A model generated the notes under the pieces. That model was not told the origin of the DNA. It ran no database searches and saw nothing but the letters and a program-made list of their open reading frames with translations. Source: Dipteris shenzhenensis (Eukaryota). From it: a stretch of 64,000 nucleotides of DNA. Positions 26,050 through 40,900 of the stretch are shown in pieces. Location of the stretch: NCBI GenBank assembly GCA_047967505.1, contig CM106538.1; one strand, written 5' to 3'. Each line of letters opens with the position of its first letter. Within the stretch, counting starts at the first letter, position 1. A program made the translations under genes and the position numbers.

Positions 26050-29000
26050 GGTCTGACCAATAAATATAGTTTGTACCGTTTAAAATGTGCTTATTTTGTG
26101 TGTTTGTCCAAATGTGGTCTATAGTTGAACCATGAACTGTAGCTGGTTGAAGAATTAATTGTGTAAATTTTTTATGGTTCATGAAAGTTGTTAGTTTTGT
26201 GTTATTGTTGTTTGGTTGGTTGAAGTTAATGTTGAAATCTCCTATGATTGTTGTTGGTGTAAATATTGTGATGCTTTGTCTTCAATGTAATGTTGTTCAA
26301 GCTATTAGATGTCTTTTTTGTAAGATGTTGCTATACCTACACCATTTGTTTTTTGTAAGCATGTGAATCCTAGTAATGTTATTTGTGTTGATGTGTTGAT
26401 ATGTAACTCTTGAAGGCATAAAATTGTGGCTGCTAGGAGGCTTTTGTCATAAGTATGTCTAAGGAATGTGAGTACAATGCACGTGTGTTTAGAGATTGCA
26501 ATGTGATGTTGTAATTTTGGAATGATGAGAAGTTTTGTTGTTGGAGAATCCATTGTCTATCGGATTTGAGGCATTCCATTTCCTTGAAGACATGTGTATC
26601 TACTTTGATGTGCTTAGGTTCTAATGATTTGATGAGGTAAAGGTTTTTTGGGTTTCGTATACGTGATAGTGGTGTGTATGTTAGACCATGTGTTTTAATG
26701 AGGGATGGGTCCTAGGCAATCCATTGATAGCCCTTGCAAACAGTGGATTGTTCTAGCAGCTGCTGCTTCTATGGGGAATTTCCTTCAAGATTTAAGTTGT
26801 TTTTACCTATTTGGAACTCTTTTGTGATTGGTTGTATTGGCATCCACGTATTTGGAATGTTAATGTTATAAAGGTTGGAGTTTTTTATGCCAGCTTGTTT
26901 TCCTATTTTTGTGTCGCTGAATAATATCTAAACATGTTGTTGTTCATTTGTTATTTTTGAGTCTTTGAATATTATGTCTGCTCCATTAACCAATCCATCG
27001 GCAATGTCAAGATTTCCCGAACATATTTCTACTATCATTCTCGGTTTCAAATGTAGAGTTTTGTGTAACCCAGCTGTTTAGATGGGGTTCAAAGGGATTG
27101 TTATGGTCTTGCTACATGTCTTGTGTCTCTTGTCTATAGCTTCTAGAATATGAGGATTATGTTCTAACAAATGAAACATTTCTTTGTTATGAATATCTTT
27201 TGATGTAGTAGTATAGAATAGGTGTGGAATGTTTTGTTTGAATAATGGTTGTCTTACATAGTTGTTGTTAATGTAGGACATGTCTTCTAGTGTATGCTTC
27301 CTTGTTCATATTCTATTTAATATATCTATGAATTGCATGTTTGTTTGACGCATTGGTGTTGTGAACTCATATTGTAAGACATTATATTTCCAAAATGATG
27401 TTTGCATAGATGTTTTTGTTGATTCGTCTTGAAGATCCATGCATCTTTAGTGGGGCTAGCTTGGCATAAGTCTCCACATAATAAAACATCAAGTCCTCTA
27501 AATGGTTGTAGGTGGTTGTGTTTGATTTCTCTTAAACGAAGATCTGCTACAATCAATGTGCTATGGCCAATCAATGACACTGTCTTTCAAGATCTTGATA
27601 GAATTGTGATAGTTCTTGTAGTTTTTCTGTTGATGAGAGGCTTGTGTAGTGAGACGCCATGAGTGGAAGATATAGCACTAAATGGATAGTTGTGCCACCA
27701 ATGTTGAAAGTGGCTTTACCTATGTAAGCCAAAAGTAGAACTTTTGGTCATTGCACATTGTGCATTTGTTTGTGCGAATATTTGCGTAGTAGCGCTTGCA
27801 CAATTGTGAGTAGTGTAAATGTTTTTCCAGTTCCTGTGTTTCCTCTTAAGAACAAATGGAACTCTTTTATAGGAGAATTTCTTTTCTTTAGCATTAGGTC
27901 TTCGACAATAAGCCTTTGTATTGTTTAGCTTTCTGAAGTTTAAGTAATAGTCATCATTGGACTGGATTTTGTATGTTGACAAATTGTTTTTCAAAAATTG
28001 ATTTGACCTTGGAGGGTTTCGCATGTCCATTCCAATATCATAAGTTTCAATGTTTTTGCTGATGTTGTAGTAGTACTTGTTGAATTTGATGGAATTTTTT
28101 GAATGAGTTTTTTGAATTGTGCTTTGTTAGGATCTATGATATGTTTGTTGTCGTGGTACATATCATGCCATGTGGAAGTTATGTTTCCAAGAGTTGGTTC
28201 AATGTGATGGTATGGGAGGAATAGAAGACATAGTTCTCTATAGTAATCTTTAGGATTTTTTATTTGATTGTAGTTGTTGAATCTTATGTTTTTCCTTTTT
28301 TTTGTTGTGTTTGCAAGAATAGTGTAATTGCTAACGAAAGAAGCCAAGCAAATATTTTGAGGATCTCTGGGGTGCTTTAAATATTTTGCAATAACGTCGT
28401 TGAAGAAAATGTTTGTGCTTTCAGGGTGTAGATTTTGTAGCTGTTCTCCAAGCTTTAGCAATGATGTTCTTTTTTCTAGTGGATTTGTGTTAATGCATTG
28501 AAATTGTCTTGTTGATGTAGATAGTAGTAATGATAGTGCTAGATATACAGCTTGTTGTGAACTTATATGTTGAGTACTTAAGATTGCGTTACCTACTCTT
28601 CTTATGCGTTCGTTAGGTGGGGCGTTAGAGTCTATGCATTGTGATAAAGCTTGTTTAACTGCAAGATTTGTTTCTTTGTCCACTTTTGCCATGTAAGATG
28701 TGCAATAAGCAGCAACACCATGAGGATTAAGTATGAATTGGATGTCAGTGTTTGCACCCCATAATCGTGAGAGATTAGGATTAAAGTTGTTAGTGTAAAT
28801 GTCTTTTGGTTGTCTTTTCAAGAATATTGTTGGTTGTGAAATAGATGATTGTAGAACAAAGATGTACTCTTCTTTTGTCATATTTAAAGAGGCCAAGTAT
28901 GCATTATAGTCTAATGATTGTGTATCTTCCTTTTGCAAAGTTGAATTAATGAAATTAAGTCTTTTTTTAAGAGTAGTTGATCTTAACTCATGTTGTCATG

Positions 29001-31400
29001 GAAGCAAGGCTTTTGTGGAAGACATGGGTGGCCTAGGATAACCAAATCGACATTTATTCTTTTTCTTGAAGCATGTTTTACGATGTTTGTGTACTTGAAT
29101 GTCATTCTGATCACATGGAAAAAGCAAAATGTCTGTCGAAATGTATTTGTCAATAAAAGTTTCAATGTCATGATTGGAAGATATTCCAAAGGAAGGTGCA
29201 TTGTCAATCCATAAAAGGTCATGGTCATGTTGACTCCATCTATTTTGGAATTCTATTACAAAGTAGAAGTCGTCTATCTATCCTAGAATGTTTTGATCTT
29301 TTCTCATTAGGTTTTTGAGCGCTTGGAATTTGTGCACATAATATTGAGCTGTGGTGATGGGATTAGATTGAAGCAAGTGACGTATTTCTGCTTGTGTGTA
29401 AGGGTATTCATTTGTTATGTTCCTCCTTAATTTTTGGATGGCTTCAATTAATGGTTTTCGTAATTTCTCTGCTGCGGATTGCATCACAAAGAAGGTTGGG
29501 GGGCCTAGTTGCCTTAACATTGAGAATTTTTTAAGATAGTGCTTGTAGTTTGCTAATGTTCTTAAGTGTGAGAAGTCACAATATCCTATGTTTGAATGAA
29601 ATATTTTCTCAATGTTTGTATCTAAGAGGGCATCCTTTGCCTGTAGTGCTATTCCCCTTATTTGCACTTTCCGCATTCGAACCCAAGATGATGATAAAAC
29701 CTGTTTCACTAAAATTTTCATTGTTTTGAAGAAGAGATTTTCTACACACAAAGCAAAGCAATGGTCTACATTCATTAATTCCCACCTTGCGATGTCTTAA
29801 TAGGAGATATGCTTTGGAATGTTATAATGTCGTGTGTTTCCAAAGAAAAGCTTAGCAAATGATAGTTCTTCACAAAATTTGTCTTTAAAAATGCTTAATG
29901 GCAAAAATCCTTCAAAAGGTGCAATTTCAATAGTTTGACCTTCAAAGTCTATGACTTGTTGACTTGTGTAGATGTCGTGAACTAAAGTATCCATGAAAAA
30001 TGGTTCCTCCATTGTTTCATCAAGTTGTTCTTCTTTTTTTTCATTTTTGTCTCCTGTAGCTTGTATGATTTGTACATGTTTTTCCCAAAGGTCATTTATA
30101 CAAACATTGTTTTGTTGGTATAAAGGAGTTGGCAACAATTCTTTCAATGCAAGCATAGTAAAAGTTGGATGTACGACCCTACTCATGTAATTATGTTTGA
30201 ATGAAAGTTTACGCTTGAGTGCCACAACAATTGTATCATAACTACTTAAGAATCTTGGTAATACTCTTTATGCTCTATCAACATTAGCAAAAACATTGAC
30301 AACACTACCATGTAATCCATATTGACCTTCATATGATAGTTCTCAAATCTATGCAAATGGTATTCTAATTGATAGCAAGCGTGCCTCAATATCATTTAGA
30401 TTATTTGTGAATTTTGTTTTTTAAACCATTTGCATGTTTTTTAAAGAAAGTGAAAGGATTTTATCATTCTTAAGGTCTTTGTAGCATAGTGTACATAAAA
30501 ACTTCATTGAGGATTGTGTGGCAGACACATCTATTTCATTGCCTTGGAGAAATATTAAAATTTTTGGCTTCACTTTAATCAATATGCTGCAAAATTTCAA
30601 GGACCTGCAACAAATGCATGGAAAAGTTAGAGTGTCTAATACCTTTTTGAAATATTGTTGTTCATATGAAACATGTTTTCTTTTTCTTTTTTGCCCAACA
30701 ACTTGTACTTGAATTGTAGAAGTTTCTATTGTTTGAGTTGTTTTTATAGTGGAGGGTTGTGGTTGTAAAACAATTGCACGGAATTTGTAGATCTTGTTAA
30801 TAATTGCTTGATTGTTGTGAGTGAACAACGAAGAATTTTTTGTGAATAAAGCAGCTACTTCTTTAGCCGGCAATGTAGGATTTTGTTCAATAAGTGTTTT
30901 TAGAAGCAAGTCATAAGTTGAAGACCATTTAGTGTAACTACGTTTAGTTTCTAAATGTGTTAATGGTGTAATTGTGCAAACATTATTTGCTTCATTTATT
31001 AGCAAGGTACATGGATTGGTTTGTTTTTTTTTTCTTATGATTTTTTTTTTTGGAAATCTTTATTCTATTATATATTAATAGAGCAAAATACAACCCAAAT
31101 ATCAAGTGAAAGCATTGAAGAATGTCCACAACTAATGCACGAGACGATGCTGAGTTAAGAGACCAACTTTCCACACTCTGGATTGTGATTGGATAATTTC
31201 CATGAATTGAAGCGAACATGTGCCATGGCATATTTGTTGTTTGGTACTGACTTGAAATGTTTGCAAATAGCATCTTAAGTAATTGTCCATATGTAAGAGT
31301 TGGAAAGAAATGAAGGAGGCATATGAGAGTATTTGTATTCTCATTGGATGAGAAAGAATAAGTTATGGTTCTCGACTAGATTTTTTTGATGGAGAAGTTT
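26050..31400 (-). mobile_element. Helentron/Helitron2-type RepHel-EN pseudogene, copy B (AT-rich)
   Basis: KWSSTYDLLLKTLIEQ helix, CICCRS..CTLC, IEARLLSIRIPFA, MLRQLGPPTFF, HUH EFQNRWSQHDHDLLW (~29210-29255), Y2 motif NTDIQFILNPHGVAAYCTSYMAK (in ORF 27991-28938), helicase motifs AYIGKATFNIGGTTIH, LCGDLCQASP, GLVNGAD and GLTYTPLSRIR, APE motifs ILCLQE, GDFN and IDHIWTN (~26105). Walker A not found. Confidence 0.93.
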
Positions 31401-31559
31401 GCTTATGTCCATGTTTTACCTTGAGAAAATTACCCAAACTACAACTTTAGTTCGCAATGAAATTTTAACTAAAAACTATGAGGTTGTATGCTTGTGAATA
31501 TGCAAGAAGGACTTAAGAATCATAAAGAAGAAACTTTGGTCAATTCCAAAAGAAGGCAT

Positions 31560-33790
31560 AGTACATCATGCGTTTGCCTCGAATGCACTAACACACCCAA
31601 AGCTATTTATAGTAAAGCTTCCACTAGGTTTAGTAGTCATGAGTTTACTCCTAGCCATCATCAAGTCATCCTCGTATAGCTAGAGGAAGGGAGAAGATAG
31701 CCCAAGAACAATGCCAACATATGCTCCTCTAATGTGGACATGCACTTGTTCACCTCCACGTTGAACAATGTCACCTATAAGAGAAGGAACCTGATCAATG
31801 GTTTGCAGGCTTTGGCAGAATAGCAATAGGGACAAAGTGGATCTCTGCTCACGTGAACACCTCCACAAACCTCATAGACATGGTCGACCAAGTTAGCGTT
31901 AACATTTGTGAAGTGTAAAACACCAAACACCTGTAACATGAAAAGGATGGGTTAGCAATCGTAATAAGTTGATAACATCACTTCAATATTTTGAATTATT
32001 TACCTTTGTTCCATAACCTTATCATGAGACTTGGCTCACAAAAGCCACCTTAAAATCATCCTTTGTTGGTCCATTAGGAACATTCGCAAGAATGGTAAAG
32101 TCAAAGACCCAAATGGTTCCTTTTGCCTTCAAGAATGATACATTCTTCAAGATGTGCATAAGAGCACCTGAATGGCTTTTCTCTCATTCATAAATGATAC
32201 TTGCAATGACGAGAATTTGTGATTTTGAGAATAACACTTAATTTAATTGTAGTATTTCCAAACAAGTAAATAAGAAGTACTTTGAAATCAACTTACTGCT
32301 GCTCTATCTTCATCACAAGGTCCATCTGCAATGATGATTTGGTCCCCCATTCCCTCTTCACTTGCAACTTTAATTATGACAATAGCAATTATGCCCATAA
32401 CATTTGCAACCGTGTACTTTTTCAAATTGACCATCTCATAAGCCCAAGGTACATATGTGCATAATGAGGTAACAAACGAAGGTTGCCTTTAAAGGGCTCT
32501 CCTCTAATAATGCAAGTAGTGGCATCAAGAAGCAAGGAGAACTTAGATGTCCCACCTTCTATTATACCTCTTGGTACACCCTTGCCCCCTCAATTCTATA
32601 AAACTCCCCAATTTGTAAGTTCACAAATTCAAAAATGTAAGCATTTGGTATGAGCAATGTTACTGTGTGAGAGCAATACCTATATGTGAAATCTCCTTTC
32701 AAGAAGGTGGGATATTTTGGATTTATGACTTTGTAAGTAGCATACTTTGCAAAGTAGTTTTCCCTCAAAAACAAACCTATGAGGTGCACAATCAGATAAT
32801 TCAGTGATACTTAATGAGATCAATGAAATTCCCCCCCTACAAAATTCTCTTTTGAAGGAATGATAGCTTTTGCAATTGCTACATTGTGTGGTAAGGGTAC
32901 AAACTTTGAAGGATCCTTAGATAGAATGTATGAATTAACCTCATCATTCTCTTCTTTGCAAATTAGTTGTTTGCTTGCTACAAGTACAAATATTGAAAAG
33001 TATAAGATTTCATTTCAAAAGAAAAATCCTAGCACTATCAATCACCTTTCATTGAAATTGATACTCTAATCATAGGTTAATATTTTAGTCTCTCCAAAAC
33101 TACATTAAACTATTTATCTTAGAGAAACATCATACATATTAAGGAAGGGTACAATTAACATAGGCAATTATGTATATAAACTATGAAACAAAGAGAAATA
33201 AATATAAATTGCAAATAATATATATTCAAAAAGATTTTTTTTGTTTTTTTGCAAAATCCAATGAAAAACATTAGATAATCATGCTATGACAAAGCATACA
33301 AGTGAAAACAAATACCAAAGGATAGTTTTGACTCAATCAGAGTTAATGTTTACAACATCATTAACATCAATTTTAGGAGAATGTGCCATCTTCACCAAAT
33401 GTCTTTCACGTTTTACTTTTGTTTTGCGTTGCACATGCGATGTGATTATCGACTTAAAACCAACATACTCTGGGTTCTCTTGTATGAGCCTCTTCACTGA
33501 GAAAAATGAAAAAAACTAACAAATAAGGTATTTGCAAAGTTCAAATTAAAGAATGCAAAAGCACTATTTCAAAACAAACCTTGTGCATATGCCTCTTGTG
33601 CAACCTCTTAAAAGGAAGTCTTCAAAGATCGACATACACTCTTCTTGATAGGAGAATTTTTTGACAAAACTTCCTTAGGGGGCTTGCTTGGAGATGCATA
33701 TATAGAAGGAGTTGACTTGGGAGTCAGCGAGGATGCGCTTTTTTCCATTAACGAACATGTTGAAACAGTAGGCGCCCCTACAACAAACTT
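31560..33790 (-). pseudogene. Spliced RPA70-like OB-fold gene with C-terminal Zn-finger remnant, upstream of copy B
   Basis: LQIGEFYRIEGARV..GTSKFSLLL..IIIADGPCDEDRAA|GTAAGT (donor 32296); intron 31931-32003; last exon VFGVLHF..VCGG..CPYC. Several stops and frameshifts. Confidence 0.7.
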
Positions 33791-35989
33791 GTAGAGTAAA
33801 AAATGTGTAGTGACATTAAAGTTAAAGGGAAATGGAAGGGAAAGCATTTAAAAAAAGAGAAATGGAAGGGAAAACATTAAAAAATAAATGTGTTCAATTA
33901 ACGAAATTGCCAAAACAAACAATTTCAATCACGTGTGAATCTAACAAAGAGTAGGCGACATGTGAATCTAGCATAAAACAGGCTGGGCATGTGATCGTAT
34001 ACAAGCAGAAGAAGTAAACACAACAATTTGATGAAGCGAAATAGAAAAATTAAAATGCCACGATCAGATACAGCAGAAAATCAAAGCATGAGATTCAAAA
34101 AGGTGACATTGGAGGAAGTACGTTTTCGTCGACCGTGGACTCCCTCTAAAGAAACCCTCAAGTGTCCAAAGAACATTCGAGTGTGTCTAAGGTAATCCTA
34201 ATAGCTTAAAAGCCTCTGTAAGGAGTGGGAAAAGACTTGTGTTGTGCACTCTCACTCTTGCACTCATACAATTTCACTCTCTATGAACCGAACAGCAATG
34301 AATGGAAACACAAGATGATAGCGATTGCAAACAGTGGAAGCTCTCTAGAAAAATGAGGCACTGTGAGGGAACTTTAGTGAGGAAGGCGATTAGAGCAAAA
34401 CATACAAGCTGGAGGCAGAGTCTGAGGAGGGAACGAAAATATTGGGTGCGCTAGAGCAGCAAAGAGACAGGAGAGGAGAGGCGAGGAGGGGTCTACCAAA
34501 TAAGAGGACGAGAAAAATGTTCACATTGGAGGGAGTGGGTTTCATTGAAGAAGGTAGAGGACATAATAGATAAGCGGAATGAATTGACAGAAGATCAATG
34601 ATGAGGTAGCAATGAAGAGTTTGTACCTTCATAGTTCCAAAAGAATTCAATCAAAGTTAAAAATTAGGTTCGTTCACATAGTCGAAACACAACAAAAAGA
34701 ATTGCATAAATACAAGAAACATCAAAACAGTATCAATGGTTTACCAGGAGCTTCCTTGGGTCTCTTCAACGCATCATTTCCACCTGCCAAGACGAGAGCT
34801 TTCTATTAATTTGGCATGTTAGGAGGTACTAATAGGTCAGGGCAGGCTTTTGCTAGTCTTGCACAAAAGATGTAAGGATATTAGATACGGAAGTAAGGAA
34901 GGACGTTTCAAGCAAAAGGAAGGCAAATGAACAAAAATCCACCCTTTTTGAATGCACACTTGTCTGTTTCCATCATGTCTGTCGATCCCTCCAGTGCTCG
35001 CATTTGTTTTCTTCCCAACGTATGAAGGCAAGTGCAATAGAACTGCATAACATTCCACATTTATAGAGGAATGAAGCAGAGCATCACACCGCACGCCAAG
35101 GATTTTCACAATTCAAACAACAAAGGTCTCTACTAAGACAATCCAAGAATCGTTGAAAATTAAATTAGTAGACTTAATCAACAGTAATTCAAGATGGTGC
35201 ATTAAGACGTAGTGCAAAATTGGTTCAGCCAGGTAGGGGCCCTACAAGAGTTGAATCTGTGTTAGAGGCATGCAAAATTAGCCGAATAATTGGATTCATT
35301 TGCATCGATGATGCAGCTTTGGCTCAAACAATTTTGAGAGATTCATTAATTCTCTGCCTGCATGCATTTCTTCGATCATGTAGCATCATTTATATAAATA
35401 CTATATATGTAATATCTATTTTTTGAACATGACATATATGCTTCTGGAACAATGTGAACATTCTAAGACTTGTTTCGTTTGTATAAATACTATATATGTA
35501 ATATCTATTTTTTGAACATAACATATATACTTGAACCTTTGTTATAATTCTACTTTATATATGAATACAGCTTGGTTTTATGTACTTCTATTTAACCTTT
35601 ACTATACTTATGTTTAACATGTACATAAAGCTTGGTGCGTACATTCTATTTCATGATGAAATACATTTTATTTTACAATAAAATAGTATGGATATTTTTT
35701 TAAGTGGTTCTATTTATGTATACGTACATGTTATTATGAATTGATGTATGTACCATGTCTTGATTTCAGTGAATAATATATACATTTTCAACTGCATCTC
35801 GCCACTATTAAGTGTATTAATATATTACAATGTACATACAAATGTTATTCCATAATAGAATAGTATAAATACTCTAAGGATTTTTATTATACATTATAAC
35901 ATTGTAAGATTTTTCTATACGTACTTACTATGTAAAATGTTGCAACTCATGGCGTATGTTAGAGAAAAAAGAAAAAGAATAGACTTATC

Positions 35990-37230
35990 ATGGAACACCG
36001 GCACTATTCACAGTGTGTGGTTGTAATACTAGCTAATATGCAAGAAGAGGAGCTCAGACATGTCTTCAATGTGAATAGTAAGGTTGTACTTGCTTTCGTA
36101 GAACACTTAGCAAACATTGCATTTAGAGAGCTATGTATCAGCTGGCCAAAGTTTGAGATTCAAACTTGGTTATTGAGTGAAGGATACCTATGAGGAGAAT
36201 GTCTCAAAATTGTCGATCGAATTGGCATATCTACACAGTCGCTAGATCATCAATTCTCTAGTGATCCTCATTTTGAGAATAAGGCTACTTTGATTTGATT
36301 GAACAATTATATAAGGATTACAAAGGCAAGGGTAGTTGCTCAAAAGAAAAAGTAGATGTGCAATAAGTTTGCAACGTTGTAAATTTTAACATTGGTTACT
36401 TCGCCTTCTGTTAGGTTACTACACTGTAGGCGAGTCATTTTTTTACCAGAAGCACATATAGGAACTGGCACATTTACACAAGTCAGCAAGGTCAAGACTT
36501 TTTAGGAGACTTTCAAGGATGGTGTGTTTGCTTCAAACTGTTTTGTAAGAAGTAGTAGTCAAAACAGTAAAGAATTGCTTGCACTATTGGAGGTCACATG
36601 TGTACATGTTATGCATCTAGGTATTGTCAGTGCAGTAGGATTAGTCAAGGTCATGTACAGGTACTAGAACGGTAGCCACTTGGATAGATGGTTATACTTG
36701 ATTAGTGCACATTTGTAGCCAAAGACTTTTTAGATATAGTGGGTACTTTGGAATGTTTTAAGTGCCATATATTTGACATTATCAATGGCTTGATCAAAAT
36801 TGTCAAATATATACACAGCAAAGGCATTCCACATAACAACTTGCACTCCAAAAAGATAGTGGTTCATTTTTCACAAGAGATGATGTTTTTGTTGGCTTAG
36901 TGGGGTGGAGCTTGAGCACTAAAGCTGATACATTGAAAACATTTCCAACTCTTCATGATGATACTGTAGAAACATTCCAATAACACAAATAGAAGTTTCG
37001 ACATATTGAACCTGAATGTTTTAGTATCAACCCAGGCCGATATTGCAAAGCACAGGATGTCTACTCACTTTGCTTTAACATAAGTAAATTAGCAAAAGGG
37101 ATAGAATGTACTAGTGCACCCAAGGCAAGATATGTGCTGAATAAGCTTCATGATGTATGTACAAGAGCATTCTCTGTTAGTGCTACCCATCGTCTTACTA
37201 TTGATGACCTATCTGAAACAATGATCAATG
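35990..37230 (+). pseudogene. Decayed protein kinase gene (HNDLH-type catalytic loop)
   Basis: Manual translation across frameshifts from 36431: IGTGTFTQV (Gly loop), HLGIV, YIHSKGIPHNNLHSKKIVV (subdomain VIb), VGLVGWSLS (DFG/DWG position), RHIEPE (APE), QDVYSLCF (subdomain IX). Order and spacing are correct; several stops. The 35990-36350 part is a possible upstream exon of unknown function. Confidence 0.8.
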
Positions 37231-37947
37231 CTTGTCATCTTGGAATAGTGGCTTCTACAAATGCAGGACTTCGATGTAATAATAGTAAATAGACAAAATT
37301 TGAGATGTCTTATGCAAATTGTAACTTGTATTTGCAATATACGTATACAATGTACCCGCTCGCTTGTTCTTTTCTCTTGTGCTAATTTTTTATGGTCAAA
37401 AAAAGTTATTGGAAAATAAGTATTTCTCACTGCTTTTTCTTTATTTTTGCAATTGAACATTTTAATACAATTGTTGTTTTTACTCTTGTTATTGAAGGAT
37501 GAATAAGTCATACTGTATTAGAGAAGATCTCGAAAAGGTACTTAAAAACTACAAATATGATGGTACTAAAAAATCCAATTGACAAGGTACAAGCACAATA
37601 TCTAGGGGTTTCAATTTACCTCTGTTGCCAAACACTATCATTATATGACTTCATTGCTTTAGTACATCTAAAATACACTTTTACTATCATATGGAATCTA
37701 TAAATATGTACAGTACATGTATCTATACGTGTGTACATGCACGTACATGTACATGTACGTATGTGTATGCATCTCTACGTGTGTACATACATGTATTTGT
37801 GTATGTATAAACATACTAACATATTTCATATATGCATAGACATAATAGCATATTCAAATATATTGCAATTTACATTTCATATTGAAAACATGTACACTAA
37901 TCTCACTAACTTTTTTATTGGTTTGACAGGTACGCATGCTTTAGGAC

Positions 37948-40900
37948 ATGAAAATGAAAAAGCAATTATTAAGCACCCAGAAAGGAGAACATGACGATGA
38001 GCATTTGCCTGCTGCAAAAATAACTGCTATTGCTAAAATTAACACCACCAACACAAATAAATACTCCAATGTACTAGGTAGAATCCATACGAAAATAAAC
38101 TCGAAGCTTGAGGTTGTACAAATAAAAGTCCTCGAGATGAACATACGAGATGTTGCATTTGAAGGTATCATTTTAAATAGATACATCACATACGATAGGA
38201 AAAGGACTCCAAATACCAAAATGTCTGTGTGGATTTGACTGACTGATTGCGACTGATCATTGTCAATTTACAACTTGACAGTACCCTCATTACTTTTCAC
38301 GAGACACTAATTAAATGAGACGTGTGTTCGAGTTGAAAATTTTCAAGTAATAAGAAGAAAAGGAAACATATATGAAAAGGGTGACTCAAAATTTCTAATC
38401 AAAGTAACCAGCGGGACACGTATGATATCAATTCCAAATTTCGAAGTTCGCTTGCAAATGTTCCCAACAACAAACATTGCAACCTTTTCCAATGAAACGG
38501 AGAGATTGATATCAGGAACTGTTCAATTCGTTGTACTCGCAGATGCAAGATACATCAAAGGGCAATACACAAAGCAACACTATCTGAAAGTTGATGACGG
38601 AACTACGTTCGCGGATATGACAACAGTAAGTACTATTCATCATATAAAACTGACAAATGTCAACAACCATTACCTTGCTCATGCTTCTAGTTCGGTTCAA
38701 TGTAACTACTTTCTTACTTGTACTACAGCTTGCTTTTTGGGAGGACTTTGAAGATGTTAAAAAAAGTATGCTTGAGGAGTTGCCCAGTGGTCACACAATA
38801 GCATATGTTGTCAAAAATGTAGGGCTCACAAACGATGCAACGACAACAAAGAAACTGCTATTCACATACTACTCTTTCACATTTCCTGTAACGTATGAGG
38901 AAGATGTCAAGAAGCTAGCAGATGTAGCTACGTTCCGTAAATCAGAAAAAAGCTTTGTAAAAGAGGTAACGTGCTTTTTCATTTTTTCTTGCACTTCACC
39001 TCTACTTTGAAATGCATACACAATTTAAAAATAAATTGAAAATTTTGAACTTTTTATGTCAATAGATCATTGGAGAATTCATCTTTGAAAATACTGGAGC
39101 ATGCATAAATCCAATGGCTTTTGGATCAGTGATGAGGACACTCCAGTTTGGGGGCTTGACATAGGATTCACTTGGGTTCAGAGGGGTGTGCCTATTAGGT
39201 ATTTGGGCTACCAGGTCGGCTTGGATATTTCTTCCACGCAGCAGTTTGCTCCCGTTTTGGAGAGCATCAAGAGGAAGCTTCTTTTTTGGAGCTCAGCAAA
39301 GTTGGATCTTGCCTCTAGAGTTGTGGTGGTCAACCAGGTCCTCTTGGCCATGGCCTGGTTTGTTTGTTCATGCTGGTGCCATTCTAGGGACTACATCATT
39401 CAACTCAAAAGACCGATCAGAAACTTTCTTTGGAGTGGGCTTGATGGCACAGCAGATGCCTTAGCCAAAGTGGCTTGGGAGACCCTCATCCTCCCTACAC
39501 AGGAAGGGGGTCTCAATATTATCGATCCAGATTTACAGTGCAGAGCTTTACTTTGCAAGATGGTGGTGCGGGGACTTATGCCAGGGCAGGAACCGTGGAA
39601 GGACTTTCTTATTAGCAGCATACAGAGGTGCACACCTTCTTCAGGAGGAGACTGGATGAGCAGTGTTAGGTGGATCTTCACCACAGCACACCTCAGATCA
39701 CCTTCGTCCCCTCTCATGGTTGCCATTCTAAAAGCTTGGGCCAGTTTCAGAAGCACTCTTTAGAGGATTCCTCCTTCCTCTCGCGAAGAGATTGATAGGC
39801 AACCCATCATGTGGAATCACAATATTTGAGATGATCATGGCAGACCACTGGGTGCCTCACTCTACATGCAGTGGTCCAGGTGGGAGAGGGGACTTGCATC
39901 ATCTTTGGGGTCTTGGAAGGCTTTCCACAGGCTTCCAGAGGAGACCAAATCAAGGTTGACAGGACATCTCAGAGGGAGTGCAGGGAGGATCTTGCAGATT
40001 GAGGCAGCCCTTCCAGAGGTTTGGGTAGACACAGATGATATGCCACTCACTTCCTCTACTTGGGCAGGTACTTTTATGAGAGGCAGTGTTCCGCTTCAGG
40101 TTTTGGCCTTTCGAGATGCACAGGAGGATGCTTTAGTTTTTAGTGTCCATGATGGTGGCAGATTGCTCAAGTCCACAGAGGACATCTTGCTTGAGTCTGC
40201 TTTTCAGCCTATCAGGGTTGTAGGTCTTTTGGTGCAGGGATCAGATTCAGAGTGGTTCCTAGACCCAGACCCCCGGCTACTCTCCACCGGGTCTTGGAGG
40301 CTCTGGCTCTATGGGGGAGTTCCCATCAGATATTTGCAGTGGGACCCCGGAGAGTGGGAGTGGATTGACGCAGGGCATCGAGAGAAGAGCATCCCCTTCT
40401 TTCGTTACACGGTCAGTAATGCTAGGAGATTTCAGCTCAGTAGTAGAGGTTGGAGACCTTCCAGAGTTCCTCATTGGGAGACATTTGATATCACTGCGGA
40501 TCTGCAGAGGTGCTTCTAGAGGAGACTCTGGAAATCCCACAGGAATAAAAAGATCACTATCTTCTTTTGGCTCTCTATCTATAGTGGGATTGCAGTGAAC
40601 CTTTGGAGGTCTAGGTTCGGAGCCGACCCTACTTGCCCTCGCTACCTCTCTATTTCAGAGATTATTCAGCATTGCTTATGGGATGATTTGGATGATTTGG
40701 ATGGGGGTAGCCAGGATTTTCAGTCACTTTGCCCACTCCCCATATGACATGGGGCTCAGTGGCTTGGCTTTCTCTTATAGGGCCTCAGATATTCTATGAG
40801 AGATTTGACTCCTCTCGGGCCATTTCGGTTTGACGTCATCAGACTGAGTCCTGTTCATTGGATGTGGTACCACACCTTTCTTTTACAGTTGTACATGCCT

